From positions 416 to 64,415 of the forward strand of contig JBBTUV010000003.1 of the NCBI GenBank assembly GCA_038063535.1: a stretch of 64,000 nt of DNA, written 5' to 3'. Origin of the DNA: Patescibacteria group bacterium. Lineage in GTDB: Bacteria > Patescibacteriota > Minisyncoccia > Phycocordibacterales > UBA9973. Shown in pieces: positions 8,114 to 18,457 of this stretch. Both the position numbers and the translations under genes were made by a program. Within the stretch, counting starts at the first letter, position 1. Each line of letters opens with the position of its first letter. The notes beneath the pieces were generated by a model. The model did no database searches. It had not been told where the DNA came from and was given only the letters and a program-made list of their open reading frames with translations.

Positions 8114-10147
8114 ATGCAAGATCACCTTGTCGAGCTCAACGAAAAACAGCGGGAGGCGGCGACGCATGTAAGCGGGCCGCTTTTGATCGTTGCCGGAGCG
8201 GGGGCAGGGAAGACAAAGACGATAACGCAGAGGATCGTGAACCTGATCAGCGGGGGCGTGGCACCGGAAAACATCCTGGCGGTGACTTTTACAAATAAAG
8301 CCGCAAAAGAAATGCGCGATCGGGTGATCGCGGAGGTGGAGAAGCTCGGCGGGCAGAGCACCCGGCCTTTTATAAGCACTTTCCACTCGCTCGGCGTACA
8401 CATAATAAAAGAAAACGCGCGAGCCCTCGGTTTCAATCGCCACTTTACGATACTCGACGAGAATGACGCGACGGCTCTCATAAAAGAAGCCATGCTCGAT
8501 CTTGAGCTTGATCCCAAGGAGCATGATCCTAGGCGGATTCGCGGAATAGTGAGTCGAGAGAAGGGTAATTTCGTCGACTCTGACGGCTTCCGCGAGCGGC
8601 TCGGAGGGGGAGCGAGCGCTATACAGAGAGTTGTCGCGCAGGTTTGGCCGCGCTATGAACGAGCAAAAGCCAAGGAAAACTCGCTTGATTTCGATGATTT
8701 ACTTCTTTTCGCGGTGAAGCTTCTTCAGGGGAAAAGGGAGGTAAGGGAAGATTATCAGGAGCGTTGGCAATACATTCATGTTGACGAATATCAGGACACG
8801 AATGAAGTGCAGTACCTTCTCACGCGCCTCCTTTCGGAGAATCATCAGAACATTTGCGTGGTCGGGGATGCCGATCAGAACATTTACTCCTGGCGGGGGG
8901 CAAACCTCCGGAACATTCTCCATTTCGAGAAAGACTATCCAGGGGCAAAAATAATTTTGCTCGAAGAAAATTACCGCTCGACCGGAAACATACTGGATGC
9001 GGCGAATGCGGTCATCAAGAAAAATAAATTCCGGCCGGAGAAAAATTTATTTACAAGAAAAAACGCAGGTGAGAAAATTTCTTTATACAGCGCTCTGGAC
9101 GAAACCGATGAAGCGGACTTCGTCGCGACGAAAATTTTGGAGATGCTCGACTCTTCCAAGAGAAGAGAAGATGTTCTTGAGAAAAGCCCTGGGAGCGCGG
9201 CGGCGCGGACACGAGGAATTTTTCAGCAGGAAAATATCCGTGCTTTTCGAGAGAATGTCTTCTCTGATATAGCTGTGCTATACCGCGCTAACTTTCAGTC
9301 GCGAGCACTTGAAGAGGCGATGCTCAATTATAATATTCCGTACCAAGTGCTTGGCGTGAAATTTTTCGAGCGAAAGGAGATAAAGGATACGCTCGCCTAC
9401 TTACGCGCGGCACTTAATCCCGCGAGCCTCTCGGACATAAAAAGAATCATCAACTTCCCACGCCGGGGGATCGGCAAGGCAACACTGGCGAAAATTTTTT
9501 CTGGCGACACCGAAAGTTTACCGGAGAAAGTTAAGATGAAAATAGAAAATTTTTACAAATTGCTCGCGGAAATTAGAAAAAAAATTGAAAGTGATAAAGC
9601 ATCTGATGTAATAAAATTCACTGTGAAAATTTCCGGCATCGAGAAGGAACTTTCCGAGGGTACGGATGAAGAGCTGGAAAAGCTTGAAAATATAAGGGAA
9701 TTAGCGACATTGGCGCTCAAGTATGATGGCCTGGAAAATGGTATTGAAAAACTTCTAGAGGAAGCGGCGCTCGCGAGCGACCAGGACTCACTCGTCATCA
9801 ATCAAGAAAAAAAGGAGAGCAAAAATGCCGTGCGCTTGATGACTGTACATGCGTCGAAGGGATTGGAATTCAAATATGTTTTTGTTGTTGGATTAGAGGA
9901 AGGATTGTTCCCCCATACGAAAAGCCGTGAAGCGAAAACGGGCGAGGACTCCGAAGAAGAGCGCCGGCTCTTCTATGTCGCGCTCACTCGCGCGAAAGAA
10001 AAACTATTCCTCTGTTATGCGGATTACCGCACCATATTCGGCTCGCGGGCAATGAACATGCCAAGCGAATTTATTTTGGACGTGCCGAAAAATCTGCTCG
10101 AGATCGAAACCGGAGAAAAAATTAAAACCGTTGACATCGATGAATAA
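8114..10147 (+). CDS. uvrD: ATP-dependent DNA helicase UvrD/PcrA family
   Basis: Walker A GAGAGKTKT. UvrD motifs throughout (TFTNKAAKEMRDR, VDEYQDTN, YRS, VHASKGLEF). The track start 8096 is a TTG; the first ATG is at 8114 (MQDHLVELNEKQ). Confidence 0.9.
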   Translation: MQDHLVELNEKQREAATHVSGPLLIVAGAGAGKTKTITQRIVNLISGGVAPENILAVTFTNKAAKEMRDRVIAEVEKLGGQSTRPFISTFHSLGVHIIKENARALGFNRHFTILDENDATALIKEAMLDLELDPKEHDPRRIRGIVSREKGNFVDSDGFRERLGGGASAIQRVVAQVWPRYERAKAKENSLDFDDLLLFAVKLLQGKREVREDYQERWQYIHVDEYQDTNEVQYLLTRLLSENHQNICVVGDADQNIYSWRGANLRNILHFEKDYPGAKIILLEENYRSTGNILDAANAVIKKNKFRPEKNLFTRKNAGEKISLYSALDETDEADFVATKILEMLDSSKRREDVLEKSPGSAAARTRGIFQQENIRAFRENVFSDIAVLYRANFQSRALEEAMLNYNIPYQVLGVKFFERKEIKDTLAYLRAALNPASLSDIKRIINFPRRGIGKATLAKIFSGDTESLPEKVKMKIENFYKLLAEIRKKIESDKASDVIKFTVKISGIEKELSEGTDEELEKLENIRELATLALKYDGLENGIEKLLEEAALASDQDSLVINQEKKESKNAVRLMTVHASKGLEFKYVFVVGLEEGLFPHTKSREAKTGEDSEEERRLFYVALTRAKEKLFLCYADYRTIFGSRAMNMPSEFILDVPKNLLEIETGEKIKTVDIDE

Positions 10148-10928
10148 AAAATTCGCGAAAAAATCCAAAAAAGCTCTCGGCCAGAATTTTTTAAAATCGA
10201 GAGATGCACTTTCTAAAATAATTTCGGCCGGCGAGCTCATGAAAGAAGACACAGTGCTCGAAATCGGCCCCGGGAAAGGAATCCTGACCGAGGAATTGCT
10301 TAAATATGCAGGAAAGGTGACCGCAGTTGAAAAAGATCGCGAACTTTTCGCATATCTTTCCGAAAAATTCAGGGGTGAGATAAAAAAAGAGAAATTAATT
10401 TTAGTGAATGATGATATTCTGAATCTGGAAGCCAGTAGCCTAGTGCCTAGTGCCTACAAAATAATTGCAAACATCCCTTACAACATCACCGGCGCGATAC
10501 TGAAAAAATTCCTGACTGAAGAAGATCAGCCGGAGCGCATGGTACTCTTGGTGCAGAAAGAGGTAGCGGAAAGGATCATCGCGCGTGACGAAAAAGAAAG
10601 CATTCTCTCGATCTCTGTGAAATCATACGGCACACCGAATATCGTCGGGAAGGTGTCGGCAAGATACTTTTCCCCAGCTCCGAAAGTGGACAGCGCAATC
10701 ATCGTTATCGGAGACATTTCTCGGCAGTTTTTCAAAGAAAATGGCTTGAAAGAGAAGAAATTTTGGGAAATTGTCAGAAAAGGCTTTGCGCATAAGCGCA
10801 AAAAACTATCGGGCAACTTGAAAAATTCGGTTCCGGCGCTGGTTTTAGCGGAGCTTTCCGACAAAAGAGCGGAGAACTTGAGCCTTGAAGACTGGGCGAG
10901 GCTCGCAAAATGGGATTTAGACAGCTAG
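10140..10928 (+). CDS. rsmA: 16S rRNA (adenine1518/1519-N6)-dimethyltransferase RsmA/KsgA
   Basis: LGQNFL motif, SAM-binding EIGPGKGILT, NIPYNI motif. ATG at 10140 overlaps the uvrD stop by 8 nt. Confidence 0.85.
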   Translation: MNKKFAKKSKKALGQNFLKSRDALSKIISAGELMKEDTVLEIGPGKGILTEELLKYAGKVTAVEKDRELFAYLSEKFRGEIKKEKLILVNDDILNLEASSLVPSAYKIIANIPYNITGAILKKFLTEEDQPERMVLLVQKEVAERIIARDEKESILSISVKSYGTPNIVGKVSARYFSPAPKVDSAIIVIGDISRQFFKENGLKEKKFWEIVRKGFAHKRKKLSGNLKNSVPALVLAELSDKRAENLSLEDWARLAKWDLDS

Positions 10929-10931
10929 CTT

Positions 10932-10940
10932 TGATATAAT
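10932..10940 (+). promoter_or_regulatory. putative extended -10 promoter element (TGaTATAAT) upstream of the T4SS-like cluster
   Basis: TGnTATAAT about 22 nt upstream of the first cluster gene start. AAGAG Shine-Dalgarno-like motif at 10954-10958. Confidence 0.35.
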
Positions 10941-10961
10941 AAATACATAATTAAAGAGTTT

Positions 10962-11876
10962 TTGGTAAAAAACAAAAGGGTCGTCCTCATCGCTTTTGCG
11001 GTACTTTTTCTTGTGCTGCTTCTGTTCTCAAGATCGAGCTCGAAGTGGAGCGCGACGTCCCCGGTTTCGGAGAATGGCCTCGTCTATGGCAGTGAATCGG
11101 TTGGCGCCCTCCTAGCGAAAGACACCGACGGCGACGGAGTGTTCGATTGGGAGGAAGGACTCTGGGGCACGGACCCCTTGAAACCCGATACGGACGGAGA
11201 CGGGGAGTCGGACCAGAACCAAATCGCAAAAATGAAGGCCGAGCGGGTGGCTGGCGCAGAAGCCAGCGGAGAAATATCCTATGCCGAAGAAGGAAGTCTG
11301 ACCCAGACCGACAAATTCGCTCGAGAACTTTTCACCACTGTCGTTGCCTTGAGCCAAGCGGGTGACGTCGATGACGGCACAGTGGCCGACATCACTGCCT
11401 CTCTGGCTACGCAGATTCAGAACCCGGCACAGAGAAAAGTCTTTACCTCGGCGGACTTGAAAATAATAAGCGATAACAGCACGCAATCTTTTATGAATTA
11501 CAGCAACGACACCGACAAGATTTTTGTCGGTAAGTATCCATTTGATGAGAAAGTCGCCGATATTTTGATAAAATTCTCTGAAGGGGAAGGGGAAGGGGAC
11601 GCCGCGGTCCTTGTAGAACTTGATCCAATAATAAAAAATCTTGCTGGTATGGTGACTGGGATGACGACAATAAATATTCCTTCGGAAATTGCTACCTATC
11701 ACTTGGCTGTTACGAATAGTCTGGAGAAAATTTACGAGAATCTGAGCGATATCAGGCTCATAGATAGCGACCCGGTCCTTTCGATAGGCGCGATAAGTAC
11801 ATATTCTGACAATCTTGAAGCTCTAGATACATCGATTGTCGCTGAATTAAAAGCAATTATGGATAAATTCCAATAA
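10962..11876 (+). CDS. secreted/membrane-anchored protein with DxDxDG calcium-binding-type repeats (first gene of T4SS-like cluster)
   Basis: N-terminal hydrophobic anchor (VVLIAFAVLFLVLLLF). Repeats DTDGDGVFD and DTDGDGESD. TTG start with upstream AAGAG. Confidence 0.55.
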   Translation: MVKNKRVVLIAFAVLFLVLLLFSRSSSKWSATSPVSENGLVYGSESVGALLAKDTDGDGVFDWEEGLWGTDPLKPDTDGDGESDQNQIAKMKAERVAGAEASGEISYAEEGSLTQTDKFARELFTTVVALSQAGDVDDGTVADITASLATQIQNPAQRKVFTSADLKIISDNSTQSFMNYSNDTDKIFVGKYPFDEKVADILIKFSEGEGEGDAAVLVELDPIIKNLAGMVTGMTTINIPSEIATYHLAVTNSLEKIYENLSDIRLIDSDPVLSIGAISTYSDNLEALDTSIVAELKAIMDKFQ

Positions 11877-11877
11877 T

Positions 11878-14361
11878 ATGATTTTTAAAAATCAAAAAAT
11901 ACAAAAGTTTCTTGCCGCACTGGTCTTGGTGGCGATTTTGGCAACTCCCATGATGATTCCGAGGAAAGCCGATGCTCTTTTTGGAGTCGGGGATATTTCC
12001 TTCGATCCCGCCGTCTTTTTGAACACCCTAGTGAGCAAAATTCAAGACGTCATTAAGCTAAAAATAAAATTCAAAGAAATTCTCAATGAGATTTTAAACA
12101 AAATTTCAAAGAAGATTGCGATGCGCGCGCTTACCAGGATGACCGAAAGCACGGTGACCTGGATAAACAGCGGCTTCCACGGCAAGCCCTTATTCTTACA
12201 AAACCCGGATACCTTTTTCGGCGACATTACCAAATTTGAAATCAGAAAGCTGGTGGATGTTTACGGCTACAACTCTTCCCGATATCCGTTCGGCAAGCAG
12301 TGGTCACTGGACGTTATCAACGCATACAAGGGCCGACTTCAAAACAACGCCTCATACAGCTTGAGTAATCTAATTCAAGATGAAGTATATTTAAACAGCT
12401 ATCGCTCGAACTTCGCAGTCGGCGGCTGGAATGGATTTCTTCTGCAAACTCAGTACCCGGAAAACAACTATATCGGCTTTACCATGCTTGCGAATGAAGA
12501 GCTGGCTCGCAGGCTCAACACCGACCCTAATGCAAACAACGAGATCGGAAAAGTAAAAACGACTCTGCAGCAAGGCTTAGGCTTCCTTTCCCCGCAGACT
12601 TGCAGTTCGAACCCGGGCCTGACTCGAAACCCATACGCTCCTCCTGATTTTAAATTTAACGAAGAGTATAAACCTCCGGAGGTATTTAGTAGGGAAAGTT
12701 ATATGAAAACGGACGCGAACACAGGCCTTCGCGTTCCCGATGATGCGGCTTACCTAGCAGATGTAGCGGCTAAAAGATTGTATGATAGTGGATACAACTC
12801 AAGAAAAGGAATCTCGCAAATTAACTGGACGAATAACAATACTTGCACGGGCGGATGGGTAAATACTACTCCCGGTTCGGTGGTGGCTGGCAAGATCACC
12901 GAGGCACTTAACGTCCCAGAAAACCAGACCGGTTGGAAGGCGGTGATCGGAGGGAGTCTCGCATCGATCTTTGATTCGCTCTTAAACAAATTCCTCGGTT
13001 CGGGCTTGGACGCCCTGGCAAGCAAGATCAACCCGCCGGCGGAGAAACCCGACAACTGGGACTACCTCGGCAATACTCTAGGAAGTCCGGCTACATATAA
13101 CCCATATAACGACAGCCCATTCGGCGGGCCGGATGAAGTTATAGTGCTTGACGAATTCAAGACAGCAGTAGATCAGGGGATTGCCGCAACTCGGGAAGAG
13201 CTCGCACTTCTCGATAACCCGAATTCAATCCAATACGGCGCGATTCAATACCTCTCCGCCATCTGGCCAAAAGTGCGTCAGCTCGACATTTGCCTGCCGG
13301 GCCCGAACTACAAATGGGAAGAAAGGTTCGATGAAGATATAAGGAACACGAGCATGAACTGGAATAAAAAAGCGAAAGATGATGGGGAAAAATTGCGGGA
13401 GGTCGGAGTAATCATCAAAGAGCTTCAATTTGCCGCCGATTTCTTCAAAGATTGGATTCGCAATCAAATGATAACGTCACTTCCGAGCGCTTTCTTTTTC
13501 CTAGATACGATTAACGAAACCGAAGCGAACGATACCCTCGTCATGGAGATAGTCAACGCAAAGAGACTTAAGGCTAAAGCCCTTCCCGCTCTTATTGCGA
13601 TCCAGGGAGCGCTCAATTCAGAAGAATTCAACGTTCAGCCCGAAGCAGGGACCCCGGCAGAAAAAAGACTTATAGACTTAAAAAAACAGTACAATATCAT
13701 TGCATATTCAATCTCAAACTCCGACACGATCGAGGAGGCTCGCGCGCAACTCAAAAGTTTAATTAATAAACTGTCAGACTTAAACAGTCTCACCGCCCAG
13801 TGTGCGACTGAAAGAAAAAACTCTCCTGACAAATGGAACCTTGTCGCCAATTGGGACGATCCTTATGGAACGAAGAGTTTTAAGGCGAGTGAAAAAGGAA
13901 AAAACATAAGAGTAAACGCTGTCAGAAAATCTGACGGGGTTTACTCAAGCATTATAATGAACTATACAACTAGTGGAACTGAACGGGAGCAGTTCTGTTC
14001 CCTTCCAGTGCTAAACGGGTATACCCATGAGATGTTTGTAAATGCGATGGACCCAAGAGAGGGGGGAACCAATGTCATATACCCTGAAATTCCTCGGGTC
14101 GCTGGCGCGATAAGAACTGAAACGGTGGGCAGTTCCGTGATTCTTTTTAACTGTAACGATATTTTCCGCTCTTACCCGCTCGACTACAAAGGAAACATTC
14201 CGGGCCAGCTGACGATTGACCCACCACCACCAGCCGACCCACTTATCGATAGTACGCCAGACGGCGGAACACCGCCGCCGGGGACACCATGCGACCCGGC
14301 GACTGACCCGAGCTGTGTGCCAGCCGGTTGTGGTGGCACGGGACAGATCGCGTGCACGTAG
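11878..14361 (+). CDS. large secreted protein (827 aa), T4SS-like cluster, Pro/Cys-rich C-terminal tail
   Basis: Signal peptide-like N-terminus. No known domains. C-terminus is PPPPADPLIDSTPDGGTPPPGTPCDPATDPSCVPAGCGGTGQIACT. Start is 2 nt after the previous stop. Confidence 0.6.
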   Translation: MIFKNQKIQKFLAALVLVAILATPMMIPRKADALFGVGDISFDPAVFLNTLVSKIQDVIKLKIKFKEILNEILNKISKKIAMRALTRMTESTVTWINSGFHGKPLFLQNPDTFFGDITKFEIRKLVDVYGYNSSRYPFGKQWSLDVINAYKGRLQNNASYSLSNLIQDEVYLNSYRSNFAVGGWNGFLLQTQYPENNYIGFTMLANEELARRLNTDPNANNEIGKVKTTLQQGLGFLSPQTCSSNPGLTRNPYAPPDFKFNEEYKPPEVFSRESYMKTDANTGLRVPDDAAYLADVAAKRLYDSGYNSRKGISQINWTNNNTCTGGWVNTTPGSVVAGKITEALNVPENQTGWKAVIGGSLASIFDSLLNKFLGSGLDALASKINPPAEKPDNWDYLGNTLGSPATYNPYNDSPFGGPDEVIVLDEFKTAVDQGIAATREELALLDNPNSIQYGAIQYLSAIWPKVRQLDICLPGPNYKWEERFDEDIRNTSMNWNKKAKDDGEKLREVGVIIKELQFAADFFKDWIRNQMITSLPSAFFFLDTINETEANDTLVMEIVNAKRLKAKALPALIAIQGALNSEEFNVQPEAGTPAEKRLIDLKKQYNIIAYSISNSDTIEEARAQLKSLINKLSDLNSLTAQCATERKNSPDKWNLVANWDDPYGTKSFKASEKGKNIRVNAVRKSDGVYSSIIMNYTTSGTEREQFCSLPVLNGYTHEMFVNAMDPREGGTNVIYPEIPRVAGAIRTETVGSSVILFNCNDIFRSYPLDYKGNIPGQLTIDPPPPADPLIDSTPDGGTPPPGTPCDPATDPSCVPAGCGGTGQIACT

Positions 14362-14370
14362 AGTTTTAGA

Positions 14371-16830
14371 TTGAACTTTATGAACTTGAGGAACTTTAAA
14401 AATTTTATAACTCCGCTCCTTCTCTTCTCAATCGCCTTGAGCATGTTCGCTGTGCCAGTAGGAACAAATTTAGAGAAAAATACAGCCCTTGCTGCAGAAT
14501 GTACTGGAGTGGATGGGAATGGGAATCCTGTTCCTGCTGGATGCACTCTTCCTCTTGGCACATGCACTTATACATTCAACGGGGAAACAAAAACAGGGAG
14601 GGTAACTGAACAATATTGTAAAAGTCCGGCTGGGTACAATAATACTTCTTTGGGATACCAGTTCGTGAGTTGGGTAAAATCGGGAAACCAAAACGCTGCT
14701 CCCTTGGCGGATCCGGCAAATGAAGCACTCGCAAACGCAGAAAATCAAAAAAAACCTGGACTGGAAGGTGAGCTTCAAGAATGCGGATTTGGGTTCAAGG
14801 GTTCCATCTTCCCCGGATGTTTTCAGCAGCTTAGTTACATTCTTTTTGTAACGGTCCCGTCTTTTTTGATGGGGGTAACCGCCAATTTTTTTAATTTCAT
14901 GGCGGCGCTGACGCTGACATCTGATTTATACAATAGTGGGTTCATAGCCCAAATCTGGAAAGTTGTGCGTGACTTCGCAAATATATTCTTTATCCTCATT
15001 CTTCTTTATGCCGCCTTTAGTATTATCTTAAATCTTGGGCATGGTGGAGGAAAGAAAATTATAGCGAACGTGATAATCATCGCGCTCCTTGTGAACTTCA
15101 GCCTATTCATGGCAAGGGTTGTCATAGACGCCTCTAACATCGTCGCTCTCATTTTTTACAACCGAGTTGAAGTGCAATGCGCTGATGGGACAGATTCCTG
15201 TTACAAAAGAATCATAAATAAGGATGGCGCAAAAGTACAGGACAAAGACATGGCTGGTGCCCTTGTTTCGCCATACAAAATTACAACTTTTTTTAGTGAT
15301 GACACAATTAAGAATTTAAAGGCTGCTATTAACAAGGACACTACGGGCCAAGTAGAATCGGGTTCTGGGCAGACTCTCGGTAAATTGACCCCGTATTTTA
15401 TTATAGGGATAATGATAGCCTATGGATTGGTAGCCTTCGCGCTGACTTATGCATTTCTAGTCGCAGGTCTCGCATTCCTAGTAAGGATTATCAACCTCAT
15501 CATGCTGATGGTCGTGGCTCCCTTTGCTTTTGTTTCTTTTGCAGTACCAAAATTCAGGAGCATCGATACGATCGGCTTTGATAGCTGGATAAAAAAGCTT
15601 TTCGAGTCAGCTTTTGTCGCTGCAATATTTATCTTTATCCTTTACATAATTTCTCAAGTCCTTAAAGCTGATATATTTGCGACTTATGCCACCGAAAATC
15701 CGGGAGGGGGGTTCTTCCGAGCTCTGCTTCTTGTTTTTATCCCGGCAATTCTCGTCGTCATCATGCTACTCAAAGGCGCGAAGTATGCAAAGAAAGCCTC
15801 TGGCGAATTCACCGGAGCGATCATCGGCGGAGCGAAAATGCTTGGCGGTGCTGCACTTGGTGCTGGACTGGGAGTTGCAGCGCTGGCTGGCACGCAAACT
15901 TTAGGAAGGGCTGGGATGGCTGCCGCGAATAGTGATAAATTGCGAAAAGACGCAATCGAAGGAAAAGGTTTTGCAAAGATCAGGGCAAAAGCACTATTGG
16001 GAGCGGGGAATTTCCTAGGCAAGAGAAGCTACGACGTCCGCCAAGTTGGCTTGGCGAAGACTGCCGCCGGCAAGGCTGGAATTAAGCTCGCAGACAAAGG
16101 ATTGGGGGCGCTTGGGACTAAATCTTTTGAAAAAGGAAGAAGGGGGCAAATAGAGCGTAAAATTGAAAAGAATGAGGAAAAAATCACGCAGACAGTGCTA
16201 CTAACCCGCGCTGCTGCCAATGCGCAAGATAACAGGGCAGCACAAGCGAAGGCTCAAAACATTCGTGCGGCCCAATACGAAACAGATAAAGAAAAAGCCA
16301 GCAAGAGTCCTAGTGGAGCGAAAAACCCGTTTTTCGATGAATCAGAATTCCGAGCGGCTTACGAGAAAGAACACGGAAGCGTCGATAAAGTCGAACCTGT
16401 GAAAACAGCAGCAGATGTGAATAAAGAACGTAGGGAAGCCTTCGCAATTAGTCTGCAAGAAGGCGGGGTCTTGAAACAAATTATGCGGGGAATTGGAAAA
16501 ATGATTCCGGTTGGCGCGGGGACAGTAGCGACAGGAGCGGTGGCCGGTTCAATCGGAGCGGGGGCACTGGCCGGAGGAATGCTAATGGTTGGGGGAGGAG
16601 TTCTAATGGCGATAAAATCGGGAATAGACAAACTTGATAGAACTACGGCAGAAGTAGCGGCGGCGGCAAGAAAAGGTCCAACCGACTTCCAGAAATTAAT
16701 TAAGGAGGTCACAAAAATGAAAGAAGGGGGAGAAAAAGGTACCGAAAAACTAGGGGGAGAAATTAAAAAGGCTGAAGAGGAACACAAAAAAGAACATGAA
16801 GAGGAGGGACATGAGGAAAAGGGGCATTAA
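14371..16830 (+). CDS. VirB6/TrbL-like polytopic membrane protein with long Ala/Gly/Lys-rich C-terminal extension
   Basis: N-terminal signal/TM, Cys-containing extracytoplasmic domain, at least 6 hydrophobic TM segments in the middle, low-complexity charged C-terminus. Architecture typical of VirB6/TcpH/PrgH-type proteins. Confidence 0.55.
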   Translation: MNFMNLRNFKNFITPLLLFSIALSMFAVPVGTNLEKNTALAAECTGVDGNGNPVPAGCTLPLGTCTYTFNGETKTGRVTEQYCKSPAGYNNTSLGYQFVSWVKSGNQNAAPLADPANEALANAENQKKPGLEGELQECGFGFKGSIFPGCFQQLSYILFVTVPSFLMGVTANFFNFMAALTLTSDLYNSGFIAQIWKVVRDFANIFFILILLYAAFSIILNLGHGGGKKIIANVIIIALLVNFSLFMARVVIDASNIVALIFYNRVEVQCADGTDSCYKRIINKDGAKVQDKDMAGALVSPYKITTFFSDDTIKNLKAAINKDTTGQVESGSGQTLGKLTPYFIIGIMIAYGLVAFALTYAFLVAGLAFLVRIINLIMLMVVAPFAFVSFAVPKFRSIDTIGFDSWIKKLFESAFVAAIFIFILYIISQVLKADIFATYATENPGGGFFRALLLVFIPAILVVIMLLKGAKYAKKASGEFTGAIIGGAKMLGGAALGAGLGVAALAGTQTLGRAGMAAANSDKLRKDAIEGKGFAKIRAKALLGAGNFLGKRSYDVRQVGLAKTAAGKAGIKLADKGLGALGTKSFEKGRRGQIERKIEKNEEKITQTVLLTRAAANAQDNRAAQAKAQNIRAAQYETDKEKASKSPSGAKNPFFDESEFRAAYEKEHGSVDKVEPVKTAADVNKERREAFAISLQEGGVLKQIMRGIGKMIPVGAGTVATGAVAGSIGAGALAGGMLMVGGGVLMAIKSGIDKLDRTTAEVAAAARKGPTDFQKLIKEVTKMKEGGEKGTEKLGGEIKKAEEEHKKEHEEEGHEEKGH

Positions 16831-16846
16831 AAATTAAAGTTGATTT

Positions 16847-17404
16847 ATGGACGAAGAAACAATAAAAAAAATAAAGGAAAGATACGACATGTTGCCAGAG
16901 AGCATCAAGGAAATTATCATGTCTTCGAATTATCAAGATACTCTGATTGAGCTTGGCAAAAAATATAACCTCAACGTGGGGCAACTTGGAATTCTCGAGC
17001 GAGAAACTACTATGGTGCTCATGGGACTCACCAATCCCGACAACTTTCAGACAGAGATTATCCGAGAGATGGATGTTGACGCGGAAAGAGGCAGACAGAT
17101 AGTCAAAGAGATTAATGAAGAAATTTTCGCGCGAATTAGAGACCTGCTCAAGTTGATGAACACGCCCCCGGGAGAAGAACCAAAGCTTGATGAGGAAACT
17201 CCTGCGCCGAGCCCGGAGATACTGAAGGCGGCAGGGGTTACCGCAGCTGCGCCGGATCTAAGTAAGCCCGAACTTCCGGCTGGGATGCTCGCGCAAAAAT
17301 TGTCCGGCTCGTTTCAAATTCCATCCGTCACCACTGATCACACGACACCGAATGTAACACCGGAAAAACCAAAGGTCGACCCATATCGAGAACCGCTGGA
17401 GTAG
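16847..17404 (+). CDS. hypothetical soluble protein in T4SS-like cluster
   Basis: ORF with coding-like composition, no TM segments, Pro-rich C-terminal half. Confidence 0.45.
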   Translation: MDEETIKKIKERYDMLPESIKEIIMSSNYQDTLIELGKKYNLNVGQLGILERETTMVLMGLTNPDNFQTEIIREMDVDAERGRQIVKEINEEIFARIRDLLKLMNTPPGEEPKLDEETPAPSPEILKAAGVTAAAPDLSKPELPAGMLAQKLSGSFQIPSVTTDHTTPNVTPEKPKVDPYREPLE

Positions 17405-17406
17405 CA

Positions 17407-17811
17407 ATGCAATTCAAAGTTCCACAATTTTTAGAAATAGAAGACAAAATTTTCGGGCCTTTTACCTTCAAGCAATTCGTCTACCTGGTAGGCGGGGCGG
17501 GAATATGCTTTGTGCTCTACCGAGTGCTTGGCTTTGTTCTCGGCGCAATTCCGATCCTCGCGATCGGCGGCTTCGCCGCCATGCTCGCTTTCTACCGGCC
17601 GAACGGCAAACCATTCCTCTTCATGGTCGAGTCGGGATTTAAATACATATTCCAGAGCAAGCTCTATATTTGGAAAGCGGAGACAGATATGCCGAGAGAG
17701 GCCACAAAGAAAGAAATGCTCCCCGTTGAATCTCTTGAAGCGCGCCTCTCCGGATCTAAGCTTCGCGATTTGGCTTGGTCGCTAGACGTTTTAGATCTGA
17801 AAAAACAATAA
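17407..17811 (+). CDS. small 2-TM membrane protein, VirB3/TcpE/PrgI-like position and topology
   Basis: Two adjacent hydrophobic helices (FVYLVGGAGICFVLYRVLGFVLGAIPILAIGGFAAMLAFY). Lies immediately upstream of VirB4. Confidence 0.45.
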   Translation: MQFKVPQFLEIEDKIFGPFTFKQFVYLVGGAGICFVLYRVLGFVLGAIPILAIGGFAAMLAFYRPNGKPFLFMVESGFKYIFQSKLYIWKAETDMPREATKKEMLPVESLEARLSGSKLRDLAWSLDVLDLKKQ

Positions 17812-17812
17812 C

Positions 17813-18442
17813 ATGGCAATTTCCGCAAGAAGAACTCAAGAATTCGTTCCGATCAAAGAAGTCCGCGACGGCGTGGTCGTGCTTAAAGACGGCTCGCTCC
17901 GGCAGGTCATCCTTGCGACTTCGACGAATCTATTTCTGAAGTCCGCCGACGAGCAGCACGCCATCATTTACCAATTCCAAAGTTTCCTGAATACTCTCGA
18001 TTTCCCCACACAGATCTCGATCCAGTCCCGACGCCTCGATATCCGGCCGTATCTGCTTACGCTCGAGAAAAGGATGGCGGAAGAAGGCGAACCCCTCCTC
18101 AAGCTCCAAACTCGGGAGTACATCGAGTTCATCCGAAATTTCACCGAGCAGGTCGCGATCATGACCAAGACTTTTTTTGTGATCGTGCCATATACAGAAA
18201 TTGCGATCCACACTGATACGGGAGTGCTCGGGAAGCTTCTCGGGAAAAGAAGAGACGCAAGCGCGGTCTCCGTGGCCTTCGAAGAGAAGCGCTCGCAGCT
18301 CGAGGAGCGGGTTTCGGTGGTACAGGAAGGCCTGGCGCGCTGCGGAATCAAGTCGGCTCCTTTGGGCACGGAAGAAGTTGTGGAAGTGTTTTATAAAGTT
18401 TTCAATCCGGGCGAGCTGCAAGGGAAAATTGCTATAAGTTAA
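17813..18442 (+). CDS. VirB4/TraC-family N-terminal domain protein (split VirB4, part 1)
   Basis: Start resembles VirB4/TcpF N-termini (EFVPIKEVRDGVVVLKDGSLRQVILATSTNLFLKSADEQ). Ends with TAA, 15 nt and a second in-frame TAA before the ATPase ORF. Confidence 0.55.
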   Translation: MAISARRTQEFVPIKEVRDGVVVLKDGSLRQVILATSTNLFLKSADEQHAIIYQFQSFLNTLDFPTQISIQSRRLDIRPYLLTLEKRMAEEGEPLLKLQTREYIEFIRNFTEQVAIMTKTFFVIVPYTEIAIHTDTGVLGKLLGKRRDASAVSVAFEEKRSQLEERVSVVQEGLARCGIKSAPLGTEEVVEVFYKVFNPGELQGKIAIS

Positions 18443-18457
18443 AAGTTCATAAAGTAA

